From Octopus bimaculoides (Eukaryota): DNA of 32,116 nt. The notes under the pieces are model-generated. The model was not told the DNA's origin. It saw nothing but the letters and a program-made list of their open reading frames with translations, and ran no database searches. The first letter of the stretch is position 1, and each line of letters opens with the position of its first letter. The DNA is taken from the NCBI RefSeq assembly GCF_001194135.2, contig NC_068982.1:52386722-52418837 (forward strand), in the 5' to 3' direction. A program made the position numbers and the translations under genes. Below, piece after piece: positions 1-11,277 of the stretch.

Positions 1-54
1 GGAGTGGCTATAACGAAAAAACAGTTACAGATTATAAACAATGAAAGGCTGATT

Positions 55-674
55 TCATTGATTCATTTGACAGAAGTAGTAGAGAGCCAATCCGATGATA
101 AATCTGACCTTTGGTTATGAAAGTTTGCATGAATCCTTGCTCAGTTAAATCTCTTGTGGCTCCAAATGATGTCATCTGTAGTGCAGCATTGTATTGCCTA
201 ATTTTGTTTTGGAAGTGCTTGGAATCTTGGTCAGTTGATGACAACAGTTTCTTCAATGGCTCTAGAGGTTGGGGGATTGCAGGGAGTTTAACCTTTCCAC
301 CACCGCAGTACAGTACAGGTGTCTCTCCAGAGCACTTCCGTGCTTTACAATGTATGCACTCAATTGTCATTGCACCAATGGAAACTCTAGCATGATCTGC
401 AAAATGAACTGCTGGATCATAATTAAAAACTGCTTCATATTAGTTGATTCTCTGACCTGTTGCAACTGCTCTTCGTTGTGCAGTGGAGATCCTATTCCTT
501 GTCAGCCGTGCATACCTCTGTTCATCACTTTGAGATGCTCTGGATTTTGTAGTGCACAATCTGTTCGTTTTTTGGTATGCCTCCCTTTCTGCAGCTGTCT
601 CTTTCCATGGACCGAGACATTCTTTTGGTTGACCTTGACATTGTAGATAAATCTGACACTTTCCTTCTAGGCAT
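55..674 (-). pseudogene. Helitron Rep/helicase N-terminal region, decayed
   Basis: ATG at 674 (ACC-ATG) gives MPRRKVSDLS. After a frameshift it reads ETAAEREAY...RASQSDEQRYARL, then a stop at 440-442, then FNYDPAVHF...IGAMTIECIHCKARK...CGGGKVKLP...HFQNKIRQYNAALQMTSFGA...KGQIYHRIGSLL. These motifs are typical of the Helitron Rep N-terminus. Similarity ends near 55. Confidence 0.85.
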
Positions 675-1090
675 GGTTATATACGTATACAGAAATACAC
701 GGGTGAAGAAGATAGTAAACAATGAAAATAACTTGGTAACGAAAATTATATTTCTTAATACGAAGGCAGAAAGTAAATAAGAAATTTTTACGGAAAATAA
801 AGAATTGTACGGGTTGAAGCGAAATTTGTCAGTATCGAAGGAACCAGAAAAAACCGTTAACAACAAAAACACAAAACCGTTGCAAAAATAAATAAGAAAT
901 TTGCAGGCAACTTTAACGAAGTGTACGGATTGAAGTGAAATTTATGGAGTTACTCCTGTCAGTAAATTATGTATGAAATTACTTTCATCAGTAATTGTGA
1001 ATTTTCTGTCAGTAATTTGTCATCGTTGTTTGTAAATAGCGATTGAAAACTTATAGTGAAAACAATAACGATTGAAAAATGAAAGTGAAA
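675..1090 (-). mobile_element. Probable 5' non-coding part of the Helitron with short internal direct repeats
   Basis: Lies upstream of the Rep ATG. Repeats: TGTACGG(G/A)TTGAAG(C/T)GAAATTT near 805 and 925; TCAGTAA(A)TT near 958, 988 and 1008; GTGAAAACAATAA near 1056 and 1085. The 5' TC terminus cannot be placed. Confidence 0.4.
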
Positions 1091-1227
1091 ACAATAAAGA
1101 GTGAGTGAGATATAGAGGGGGAGAAAGAGAAATAGTTAGCTAGTTAGACAAATAAGATAGATAAAGATATAGACAGATAGATACAGAGGGATAGATAGAG
1201 AGATACAGAGATACAGAGATAGAGACA

Positions 1228-1244
1228 GTAGTAGTTATAGTAGC

Positions 1245-1278
<34 letters not shown>

Positions 1279-1295
1279 ATAATAATAATGATAAT
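1228..1295. repeat. (GTA)n/(TAA)n microsatellite, tail of the adjacent SINE
   Basis: Direct reading. Confidence 0.9.
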
Positions 1296-1509
1296 CCTTT
1301 CTACTAAAGGCAAAAGGCCTGAAATTTGTGGGGAGGTGACTAGTCGATTACATCGACCACCAGTGTTCCACTGGTACTTAATTTATCAACTCTGAAATGA
1401 TGAAAGGCAAAGTCGATCTCGGTTGAATTTGAACTCAGAACGTAGCGATAGACCAAAAACCGCTGAGCATTTCGTCTCGCGTGCTAACGATTTTACCTGC
1501 TCGCCACCT
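1296..1509 (-). mobile_element. tRNA-derived SINE, family A (label local to this report), near full length
   Basis: Minus strand shows an AGGTGGCGAGCAGGTAAAATCGTTAGCAC head (A-box-like), GAGTTCAAATTC (B-box-like), a central GCCTTTCATC...GATAAATTAAGTACCAG motif, a TAGTAGAAAGG end and an (ATT)n tail. Homologous copies recur in the window. Confidence 0.85.
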
Positions 1510-1590
1510 TAATAATAATGATAATACTGTAACGTCTCTTATCCTTCACACGCCGTAGGATACTGGATGTGCCTAAAAATAAATAATAAT

Positions 1591-1703
1591 CCTTTCCACT
1601 AAAAGCACAAGGCTGAAGTTTTGGGGGAGGGGACCAGTCGATTACATCGACCTCAGTACGTAACTGGTACTTATTTTATCGATCATTCTGCCAGCTCGCC
1701 GTC

Positions 1704-1704
<1 letters not shown>
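1591..1704 (-). mobile_element. Family A SINE with about 100 nt internal deletion
   Basis: The 3' half matches 1296-1390 and is joined directly to the head ATTCTGCCAGCTCGCCGTCT. The B-box is missing. (TAA)n on both sides. Confidence 0.85.

Positions 1705-1750
<46 letters not shown>
1705..1750. repeat. (TAA)n microsatellite
   Basis: Direct reading. Confidence 0.95.
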
Positions 1751-1751
<1 letters not shown>

Positions 1752-1935
1752 TTTTCTTACATAGACAGAAGGCTAGAAATCTGAGGTGGGGAAAAAATTA
1801 GTTAATTTCATACCAGTACTTGACTGTTAATTCATTTTATTGACACTAGAAAAAAGAATGAAAGGCAACATGTTAACCATGACAAGATTTGAACACAGAA
1901 CCTCCTGAGCTCTAAGTAAATACAGCAAGGCTTTT
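1752..1935 (-). mobile_element. Old, diverged family A SINE
   Basis: Collinear remnants GAAGGCTAGAAAT, CCAGTACTTGACTG, ATTTTATTGAC, GAATGAAAGGCAA and GATTTGAACACAGAAC. Confidence 0.6.
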
Positions 1936-2562
1936 TGTTAGATGGTAGTCTCCAAATTGGTAATTGCAATTCACTACATATGCCATCCCGCAAAAATCCC
2001 AGCTCTTTTCTCGAGGAAGGATATCACAACAAAAATAATTCAATATTTAAATTAACATTTGAACGTATACACATTTCGACGACACCGCGTGGACACTTGT
2101 AAATAATGCTGTGACAATTATGGAAAATTATTCAATATTTAATAAAAAAAAATTGGAGAAAGAATATTAAAAAGATGAAAATCACGTTATTTACAAACGT
2201 GTGATTTTATAAATTTTTAGAAAGACTGTTTACAACTTGTAACGCTAGGAAAAAAAAAGAATTGATGAGATGCTTATCATTTGCATACACAATGTAGGTG
2301 TTGACGACTGGAAAATGGAAATAATATCTCTTTCTATCCATTCTGAGGTCTTCAGAGAGAACGTATTTCAAATTAATATAAGCGGTTTTGAGCAATGTAA
2401 ATTTTTATGTAGAGTTGGTTTTAATTTTTATCTAGAATTACTTGAAGGAAAATGGAAGGTTTCAAGATTAAGTCCGGTGCTTCCGCTGTTATTGGTTCTA
2501 CTCAGCTGTTTCTCCACACTCTAGGGCACTCTTAGATACTACAATTTAGATCCTGTAAGGAA

Positions 2563-2768
2563 GGGAACTAATCGTGAAAGAGTATTGGCTAAATGAGGTT
2601 AGTGAGCATTACTTCTTTGTCTGCCAGCCAATCTTTATATTTTCCCTTGTGCACCCTAAAGTGTTCGTTAGCCTTTTTTTTTTGTAGTGCACACATCTAC
2701 CTCACTAAGCTAATTGCAACAATTCGTCCTCAGAAATCATCTGCTCTTTTAGGCACATCTTTACCACA
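2563..2768 (+). repeat. About 200 bp repeat, inverted copy of 4103-4300
   Basis: TAAGCTAATTGCAACAATTCGTCCTCAGAAATCATCTGCTCTTTTAGGCACAT matches the reverse complement of about 4112-4165. Collinear over about 200 nt, roughly 75-80% identity by eye. Confidence 0.85.
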
Positions 2769-3077
2769 TGTCGAAGATATGTATTTCTATTTTTCGTTCC
2801 TTTCTCTATTGACGATTTTCAATAAAAGTTTGATGAGGACGATTGTTCCCTGTCAAAACGTGGGTATGTTAATTGTGATTATTATTGTGAGTTGAATTGT
2901 AGCTGGGTAGTTGTTCTCGATACTGCTAATTTTTATAAGCAGTGTTTTATTGTTTGTTTCGCGGTTTATACTAAATACAAATAATTGTCACTCATCTTTT
3001 TTTTTTATGGTTTGTTCTTCGTGATTTCCTTTAGTTGTTTGATATTCAATTCTGTTTCTGTTTTCGTTGGTGTTCGA

Positions 3078-3316
3078 TCATCTCTACTAAATGTCACCTC
3101 TCTGCTGTATTTTATTTTTGTTTACTGCCTGTGTTGCATATTCCACGCTTTTTTTTTGCTTTTCGATCTCTTTGTACATTTGCATTTTCACCACTCGTAC
3201 AAAGAGGCGATCGACCCCCCCCCCCAAAAAAAAAACAAAAACAAAGCGTGTAATATGCAACACAGGCAGTAAACAAAAATAAAATAGAACAGAGTGGTGA
3301 CATTTAGTAGAGATGA
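3078..3316. mobile_element. Palindromic MITE-like element / long hairpin
   Basis: Arms 3078-3177 and 3197-3316 are reverse complements (TCATCTCTACTAAATGTCACC...GGTGACATTTAGTAGAGATGA) around a 19-nt loop. Confidence 0.75.
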
Positions 3317-3671
3317 CCCGGAAGTTGTTGCTCTTCGATTACTAGATTACTATCACATACAGCAGTAGCTTTCTTCAGTTGAATACACGTTGTTGATTGG
3401 TTAAAATTACCCAAATACGACAACTTTAACACGAAATAACATCTAAAATACGAAATTTAGTAAAAAATGTTGAAAGTAAGCTGTGTTCAGCGTAAGAAAT
3501 TACACCGGTATACGAAGTTTCAAACTGTTTAGTTAAAAAAAAAAAAAAGATAACTAAAAAATCTGTGAGCGAAACTGAAGAGATCCAGTTACCCTTACTT
3601 TTCATCAAGCTGGCTATTTCAGTGGTGTTTTTGGGATTATAGTTTTTATGTTGCCATGAGTGTTGTGTTTT

Positions 3672-3915
3672 TTAAACCCCTTAACTGCTGAAATCATATA
3701 TATCTACTCAAAACTGAATTACCCTTAACTGTGGAAGACAGGTTATATACCAATCTATCCTTTGTTAAAGAAAAACATGTCTGAAACTAATTTTGCTGAG
3801 GTATGTCAAATTTACTGAGGTAACGTAATGCGAAATACCAATTCTAATTTTTGGTAGATATTTAACATCATCATCTGAATAACAGTGAAATTTAATTTCA
3901 CGGTTGAAGGGTTAA
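3672..3915. mobile_element. Possible degenerate piggyBac-type MITE
   Basis: Left TTAAACCCCTTAACTGCTGAAAT versus right reverse complement TTAACCCTTCAACCGTGAAAT. TTAA-CCCT ends resemble piggyBac termini. Confidence 0.35.
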
Positions 3916-4102
3916 AATACATCTACACTCAATTAGATGAATGCAACTTATGCGGTTTTGTATTGCAGTTGATTTCTCCGGTAGAACGAGTTCAAGCAAA
4001 CCTTTTGAAGTTTGTAAAAGTGATTTTCGTTTGTTCATATGAGCGTGTGGTGATAGATATTCGGTGGTTAGGGCAGAGTTGGAGCACCGTTTGCCATTTG
4101 GT

Positions 4103-4300
4103 TGTGGTAACTATGTGCGTAAAACAGCAGATGATTTCTGAGGATAAATTGTTGCAGTTAGCTTAGTAAGGGAGATATGTACACTAACAAAATACTAACA
4201 AACATTTTTGGGTGCACAAGAAATATAAATATTTGCCGACAGGAAAAGAAGTAGTACTCACAAACCTGATCTAGACAATATGCTTTCACGTTTTATTTCC
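4103..4300 (-). repeat. About 200 bp repeat, inverted copy of 2563-2768
   Basis: See 2563-2768. Confidence 0.85.
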
Positions 4301-4544
4301 TTTTAATTATGCCTTGTTTTGATATATTGTAAATATTTCTTATTTATTTCCGTGCAGGAATTGAACATGTAAAATCCTAATTCGTCCATTTATATATATT
4401 GTATAATGTTGTATGTTTTCACTCCCTCACCCATCTTTGTATATCTTGTCCGTCAACGCGCCAATCGTTTTTCTTTGTAAAAGTCCTTTGTGAAGGTCTG
4501 ATATTTTTCTGCATCTTTTCGATTCCTTGTTGATGATAAAAATC

Positions 4545-4663
4545 TCCTCCTCCTCCTCGTCGTCGTCCTCCTCGTCGTCGTCGTCGTCCTCCTCGTCGTC
4601 GTCGTCGTCCTCCTCGTCGTCGTCGTCGTCCTCCTCGTCGTCGTCGTCGTCCTCCACGTCCTC
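4545..4663. repeat. (TCC/TCG)n trinucleotide repeat with 21-nt higher-order period
   Basis: The unit TCCTCCTCGTCGTCGTCGTCG repeats about four times and runs into the gap at 4664-4969. Confidence 0.9.
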
Positions 4664-5067
4664 NNNNNNNNNNNNNNNNNNNNNNNNNNNNNNNNNNNNN
4701 NNNNNNNNNNNNNNNNNNNNNNNNNNNNNNNNNNNNNNNNNNNNNNNNNNNNNNNNNNNNNNNNNNNNNNNNNNNNNNNNNNNNNNNNNNNNNNNNNNNN
4801 NNNNNNNNNNNNNNNNNNNNNNNNNNNNNNNNNNNNNNNNNNNNNNNNNNNNNNNNNNNNNNNNNNNNNNNNNNNNNNNNNNNNNNNNNNNNNNNNNNNN
4901 NNNNNNNNNNNNNNNNNNNNNNNNNNNNNNNNNNNNNNNNNNNNNNNNNNNNNNNNNNNNNNNNNNNNNCACATAAAGAATCTTGAAAATCAGATACAAA
5001 AACGAAATAATAATGGTTATTTTATTTTTCGATATTTTATATTTTCTTGACCCTTTTACGAACCCTT

Positions 5068-5240
5068 TCTTGTTGTTGTTGTTGTTGTTGTTGTTCTTCT
5101 TCTTCTTCTTCTTCTTCTTCTTTATTTTCTTCTTCTTCTTTATTTTCTTCTTCTTCTTTATTTTCTTCTTCTTCTTCTTCTTCTTCTTGTTCTCCTTGTT
5201 GTTGTTGTTGTTGTTGTTGTTCTTCTTCTTCTTGTTCTCC

Positions 5241-5317
<77 letters not shown>

Positions 5318-5357
5318 CTTCTTCTTCTTCTTCTTCTTCTTCTTCTTCTTCTTCTTT
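5068..5357. repeat. Compound (TTG)n/(TTC)n microsatellite
   Basis: Direct reading. It generates the poly-K/N/E/Q ORFs. Confidence 0.95.
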
Positions 5358-5799
5358 TGGATCATTGGATATTGGATTTTTAGCTTTTTTTTTTCTAAAT
5401 AGCACTGAAGGATGCTAGTTGCTGTACAATTTAGAATGTCGCTTTCGTCTTTTACAAAAACGTTTTAGATATATGTTGTACTTAAGGAGGACTTTTGAAG
5501 TGACAGCTAAAGAGACATGACTGTTGTTGAACATCTAATTTCCTGTATGCTGCTATTCCACGCATATCTGTTAAGGCAACATATTTATAGCGAAGAAGAA
5601 AATGATATTGTTCAGTATTTTCTTTCCTGAAAGCATTTGACATTGGAGTTTTATCTTACTATACAGAATTTAAAATGTGTCGGGCTAAAAATAACCGGAA
5701 AGTTCATAGTTCTCATTCCATCAGCGCTGTTGCAACGTGTATTTTATTTTTATTTACAATGAAGCCCATGGAGAAGAACCAGTACCCATAAAGTTTGCA

Positions 5800-6066
5800 G
5801 ATCATTCGAAACGGCTGAGATTTACTGTAGACTTTGAGGCTGATTACCAGCTCAGGCTCGCCGACAGGTTTGTGGTCGTGTCTGTGACTACAGGAACCTC
5901 CGGCGTTTTTGACCTCCGGGCGATGTCCCTGTTCACCACTACTGGGGCGCAGATTACTGTCTGCAAGTGCGACCCCCGTGAGTTTAAGTGACTGTTCCAG
6001 CGCATCTCCTATGCCATCCTCCGGGGCAACGCCTTTTCCATTTTGTTTGCCGTGGTCATGGAGTAG
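5800..6066 (+). pseudogene. CRE-clade non-LTR retrotransposon, C-terminus of the restriction-like endonuclease domain
   Basis: LADRFVVVSVTTGTSGVFDLRAMSLFTTTGAQITVCKCDPREFK*LFQRISYAILRGNAFSILFA. QRISxAIxRGNA is the hallmark C-terminal motif of CRE-type elements. Internal TGA at 5989-5991, terminal TAG at 6064-6066. 6067-6390 may be its 3' UTR. Confidence 0.7.
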
Positions 6067-6445
6067 TATGACTTACAGGAAATTGTACGTTCTACTCCTT
6101 AAATACTTAGAACCATCTCTTGTGCTTGTGACGGTCCCATTGTCTGAAGATCTGCATGAAAAAAATCTGGACGTGGACGGGAGTAGATCTAGGTTTTGAC
6201 CCATTGCTTGCAGCATAGCAAACTCTCCCAAAGATACCCGTCGAAGGACCAAGAAGTGATTAAACCGTGTGGTCTGTTAGAATTGTACACCATACCCGTG
6301 TTATGGGTCTTGGTGACGACAGAAACGCTCACGTAATGGTGATTTCTATATATTATAATGTCAAAGCGGACTGAATATGAAACAACTGTCTTTATAATCT
6401 ACTTATAAAGCCACACGCGCGTGCGACACACAGGCACAGACACAG

Positions 6446-6476
<31 letters not shown>

Positions 6477-6692
6477 TATATATAGGCTTATCGCTTTGTG
6501 AGGTTGTCTCTTATTTTATTTTAGTGGCGTGTCAAGCAACATATTTTTCTGAAGTCAAACACAGGTAGCTTAAATCATTTCTTGGATAAGACAACGACAA
6601 ACATTCTTGTCTATTCAACAGTATTTTTGTATGCGATATTGTGAAAAAGAAACACAACAACCTTAAAACTGTCATTCGAAGATATCTTCAAA

Positions 6693-6693
<1 letters not shown>

Positions 6694-6753
<60 letters not shown>

Positions 6754-7450
6754 NNNNNNNNNNNNNNNNNNNNNNNNNNNNNNNNNNNNNNNNNNNNNNN
6801 NNNNNNNNNNNNNNNNNNNNNNNNNNNNNNNNNNNNNNNNNNNNNNNNNNNNNNNNNNNNNNNNNNNNNNNNNNNNNNNNNNNNNNNNNNNNNNNNNNNN
6901 NNNNNNNNNNNNNNNNNNNNNNNNNNNNNNNNNNNNNNNNNNNNNNNNNNNNNNNNNNNNNNNNNNNNNNNNNNNNNNNNNNNNNNNNNNNNNNNNNNNN
7001 NNNNNNNNNNNNNNNNNNNNNNNNNNNNNNNNNNNNNNNNNNNNNNNNNNNNNNNNNNNNNNNNNNNNNNNNNNNNNNNNNNNNNNNNNNNNNNNNNNNN
7101 NNNNNNNNNNNNNNNNNNNNNNNNNNNNNNNNNNNNNNNNNNNNNNNNNNNNNNNNNNNNNNNNNNNNNNNNNNNNNNNNNNNNNNNNNNNNNNNNNNNN
7201 NNNNNNNNNNNNNNNNNNNNNNNNNNNNNNNGTGTGTGCCTGTGTGTGTGTGCCTGTGTGTGTGTGCCTGTGTGTGTGTGCCTGTGTGTGTGTGCCTGTG
7301 TGTGTGTGTGTGCGTGCGTACTGTATGTGTGCGCGCGTGCGTGTGCATATGCACGTGTGAGTGTGTTTGTGTGAGAGTATTTGTGTGTGCGTGAGAGAGT
7401 ATTTGTGTGTGTATGTGAATGAGTATTTGTGTGTGTGTGTGTGTGTGTGT
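6694..7450. repeat. (CA)n, gap 6754-7231, then (GT)n with GCCT interruptions
   Basis: Direct reading. Confidence 0.9.
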
Positions 7451-7955
7451 GAATCTGCGCATTAATTTAACTTAGTTTTCATAAAAATAAAGATGAAATA
7501 ATTTTAATTTAAGCGGTTTATTATTATAGTTTATCAATGTTAATGTAACTGAATCGTTGACGCATATGTATAATATGCATAAAACTTAATTGCTTTCCTA
7601 TATGAATTTTACATAATTCATCTTCAAAGTGATGTATTCTCACATGAAATTGCCATATGCTACCTCATTACTCCAACATCAAATCAATACGATGAAATAG
7701 TTATTCTTTTTAAACTGAGCTAAATTATCCAATGTTTACAATTATACTTTCTAGTTTACTAAATAGCTACAATATTTATTAGTAAGATGCACACTGAAAC
7801 ACGAATGTGAACAAACTTATGAGTGTGGTCACACAGACATACGTACACACTTACACACATACACACACTAATTTTATAAACATATATTACATTTATTCAT
7901 AATTAAGTGCGAAAATGAAAACGTTATGTAACAGTTAGTTGCAATTTAGCAAACA

Positions 7956-8060
7956 TGCATGTATATGTATGCATGTATGTATGTATGTATGTATGTATGT
8001 ATGTATGTATGTATATCTATGTGTGTGAATGTGTGTGTATGTGTGTGTGTGCGTGCGCGC
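7956..8060. repeat. (ATGT)n/(GT)n microsatellite
   Basis: Direct reading. Confidence 0.9.
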
Positions 8061-11000
8061 CATATACTGCAATTAACCAGAAGGTAGGGCATTTGGTGAC
8101 TCTCGGTCAATCGATCAACTTCAGAATTATCCAGTATTGACCAAGGTCCGTTTTCTTTTTCCTAAATAAAAGATTGAAAATCAATCGTTTCTAGGCTGGC
8201 ATATATTTTCAGTTTATTTAGTAAATCTCCTGCTCTACCTCTCTATCGCTATATTACACTTTGTATTGATTCCTTGTGGAGTTAATAGATTCCTATAAAG
8301 TTGCCATTAAAAATGAAAGCAGCATATTTGAAATTTTTGTAATCCTATATACGTTCATGCTTTTAATATCAATGCAGTCTATAAACAAATAGCAAAACAC
8401 AAAACTAATATTAATGATGTGTCTTTTTTTATATATATATTCATCCATGATAATTGCATATTATCAGACATCGTAAAGTTTTATATTAAAGCAGATATCT
8501 TTAGAAGCGTGCGACCTACTGCTCGTTTATTTATATCTATATCCATAAATTCTGAATCCCGATAGTACTGTCTGGTTGCTTAGTCACATCAGAGAAATAA
8601 TTTAGGCGTAAGGTACAAAAACGAATCTAGTACATTGTTTATTCTTTATGAAAATATGATCCATTTTATAACACCAGTGTGATCTTTACTAGGAAAAATC
8701 CGTGATATTATTAGCAACAATAACAAATAATACACACACGCACGTACACGCACACAAANNNNNNNNNNNNNNNNNNNNNNNNNNNNNNNNNNNNNNNNNN
8801 NNNNNNNNNNNNNNNNNNNNNNNNNNNNNNNNNNNNNNNNNNNNNNTCTTATTTTATGGAAGTGACTGCGTATTTGATATTTAATACCGAACAAGTTCAG
8901 AACAGGTTAGGCTTACAAAAAATCGTTGATAATAGGTTATCAAAGATTTTCTTTAAGTATTATCAATGTTGCACAAACATCTCAGATATCGTGCATTAGT
9001 TGTTGCTGAATAACCGGGCGAATTTTGTTTGCATATAAGTATGATGTCAATCAGATATCTAATAACAGCTTATAGATTCAGAAATCTAGATTTTCCATGT
9101 TCATAATATTATTTGGGGTATTTATTTGCACTCGATGTTAGATGACTATTTTCGTTTAATTTATTTCCTTATTGAAAATCGATTCTGGAATGTTATTATT
9201 TAAGATGTTAATAAAAGGATTTATCAAAATTCATAGTTAAAGTATTAGAATAAGATTTACACACTTCACATTTATATGTATTGTCATTTGTAGTAAACAG
9301 TAGAAAAATCATATAGTACAATGGAAGTTAAATACTGAGGCTATTTGGGGACTTTTATAAAAGTATCCTTTGACAATTTTTTATATCCTAGTGATGACCT
9401 TTCATTTAGGTCAAACTACTGACCCTAGAAACAAACATCAAGAACTGGGCACAAAAATAAAATTTATTCATATTGTTGCCTCGACGTTCTGTATCCTTTT
9501 TGTTCTGAAGATGTTGCCTAAGGAATTAGGTTATAGAACATGTGGTCATGTGTACATTTGGTTACTAAATTTGGTTACAAGCTATGGTAAAAGTTTGCTA
9601 AACTGACGCTTTATCAATCACTCAAGAATAAGCCATAGTCAATCGACGCTATATTGTTTATACAATCTTAAAGAATATAAAGTATATTAATATCTGATAT
9701 ATACAGTGGCAAGGACACTGTATGACTATCTGTTTCGAATCATGCATTCGCGAGCTCGAATGTCGCTGCAGTTATCAGTTGTACATCGTTCTCGAGTCAA
9801 TAAAATACATTTAAATACAATGAAATCGAATAAAGGAGCATAAGTAGTTATTGGATTATATAATATAAACAACCACAAGCGCAATTTTGATATGAAATTA
9901 GTGGACGGTACTAGAATGAAACAACGATCAAGTTACTCATTCGAGATTTGCTCCAATAGTTTGGTCCGAATTATTTAAAAGTTTAGTATTTAATATATTT
10001 ACCTTCTGACTCATTACAAATAGCCATTAAACTGTTCTTGAAGTTTACAGCTTCTAAATTTTTTATAGTTGTATCATGAATTTAATGGCTACCCTTTTAT
10101 GAAACTTTCCTAAAATAAAGAACCGCTTCTTCAGAAAACAAAACAAAAAACAAAACGCACATTCAGACTTTATATTCAATAAGAGAATAAATTAGTCTTT
10201 AGGCAAATTGAATGCACAATCTTACCATCTTCTACTAATTATAAGCCTATCCGTGTTAACATTAAGGATAAATGAAAAATAAAAAGGGAAATGAAATTAG
10301 CTATCTAAAGTAGTCGTGACCGAGCGTGGAATAGAAAACAATTAAAACCATTGGATTTGCCTAAGGTTTAAATTTAAATCCATCCTCCATAAGGAAAAAG
10401 AGTTCAGAATTTTAACTGCATCTCTTTTATGGTCAAACATTATTATTGCATACACCACTTTATTGCGTGAGGGAACACCTCACGCGTGTGAAATCACAAA
10501 AAAGCCTTGTTACACATATAAAAATTAATTTTGAATAACTTTCTTCCAATACAGAATTCATGACATACCTTATATTGCAGGAAATTAAAGCAGTTTACGG
10601 ATACAATGCCAGCGAATGTCTTTTTCTTAAAACTTCCCGAATATTCTTTTCATACGATAGCTTTATTTTAATATCACTTGCTTTCCCAGTGATATTTTTA
10701 GAATCTTTATATTTATTTCCAATTTTAAACTAGCCTATCTCTTCAGGTGGTTCTCAGTTACAAATTTCCCATAGAAATATATTCTTTTATATTAAATTAA
10801 ATCACTGTTCCAAAGACTGGAGTTGTCATCAAGTTGTTTCACCTAGAGGTTACTTTTATGTCAGTTAATCTGAAATGTAATTAACATGTATGTAGACCTA
10901 AACAAGATAAACTAGAAAAAACTCCCCAAAACAAAACAAAAAGCAACAAGTACCCCAGATGAATGCAATTATGAAATAGGTGCATTTTTATAAACTAATT

Positions 11001-11277
11001 TTGGCTCACAATTCTGCGTTTATGTCTATTATGACTTTTTCCTTAACCGTCCTTTCTATGTTATCAAATCATTGACAAGGCGAAACATTTCATCTACTTA
11101 AGAATTGAAAAGAAATATAAAAAAACAAGCACAATTACAATAATGCAAATGATTTATATGGTCAAAATGATTTTACGGAGACGTAGGGATATCGAGCAGC
11201 ATTTATTTCGGTCTATTGTCTCAAGCTGTATTTCTTTTATTTAACATATATTTACTAATAATTCTACTTGACCTTAT

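Noticed and set aside
1228-1935. Repeat-spacer-like alternation suggesting a CRISPR array
   Set aside because: The units are SINE copies separated by microsatellites in eukaryotic DNA. There are no fixed-length repeats and no cas genes.
2444-2552. Minus-strand segment with acceptor-like CCTTACAG and donor-like GTAATT
   Set aside because: Stops occur in all three frames.
4427-5418. Long poly-K/N/E/Q/S/C ORFs
   Set aside because: They are translations of trinucleotide microsatellites and an N-gap.
9370-9606. 78-aa ORF starting at TTG
   Set aside because: No motif, AT-rich composition, and a length expected by chance.
10569-10729. Minus-strand strong donor AAG/GTATGT at 10568 with a lysine-rich frame upstream
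   Set aside because: The frame is broken by a stop as I read it, the acceptor is poor, and there is no recognisable homology.
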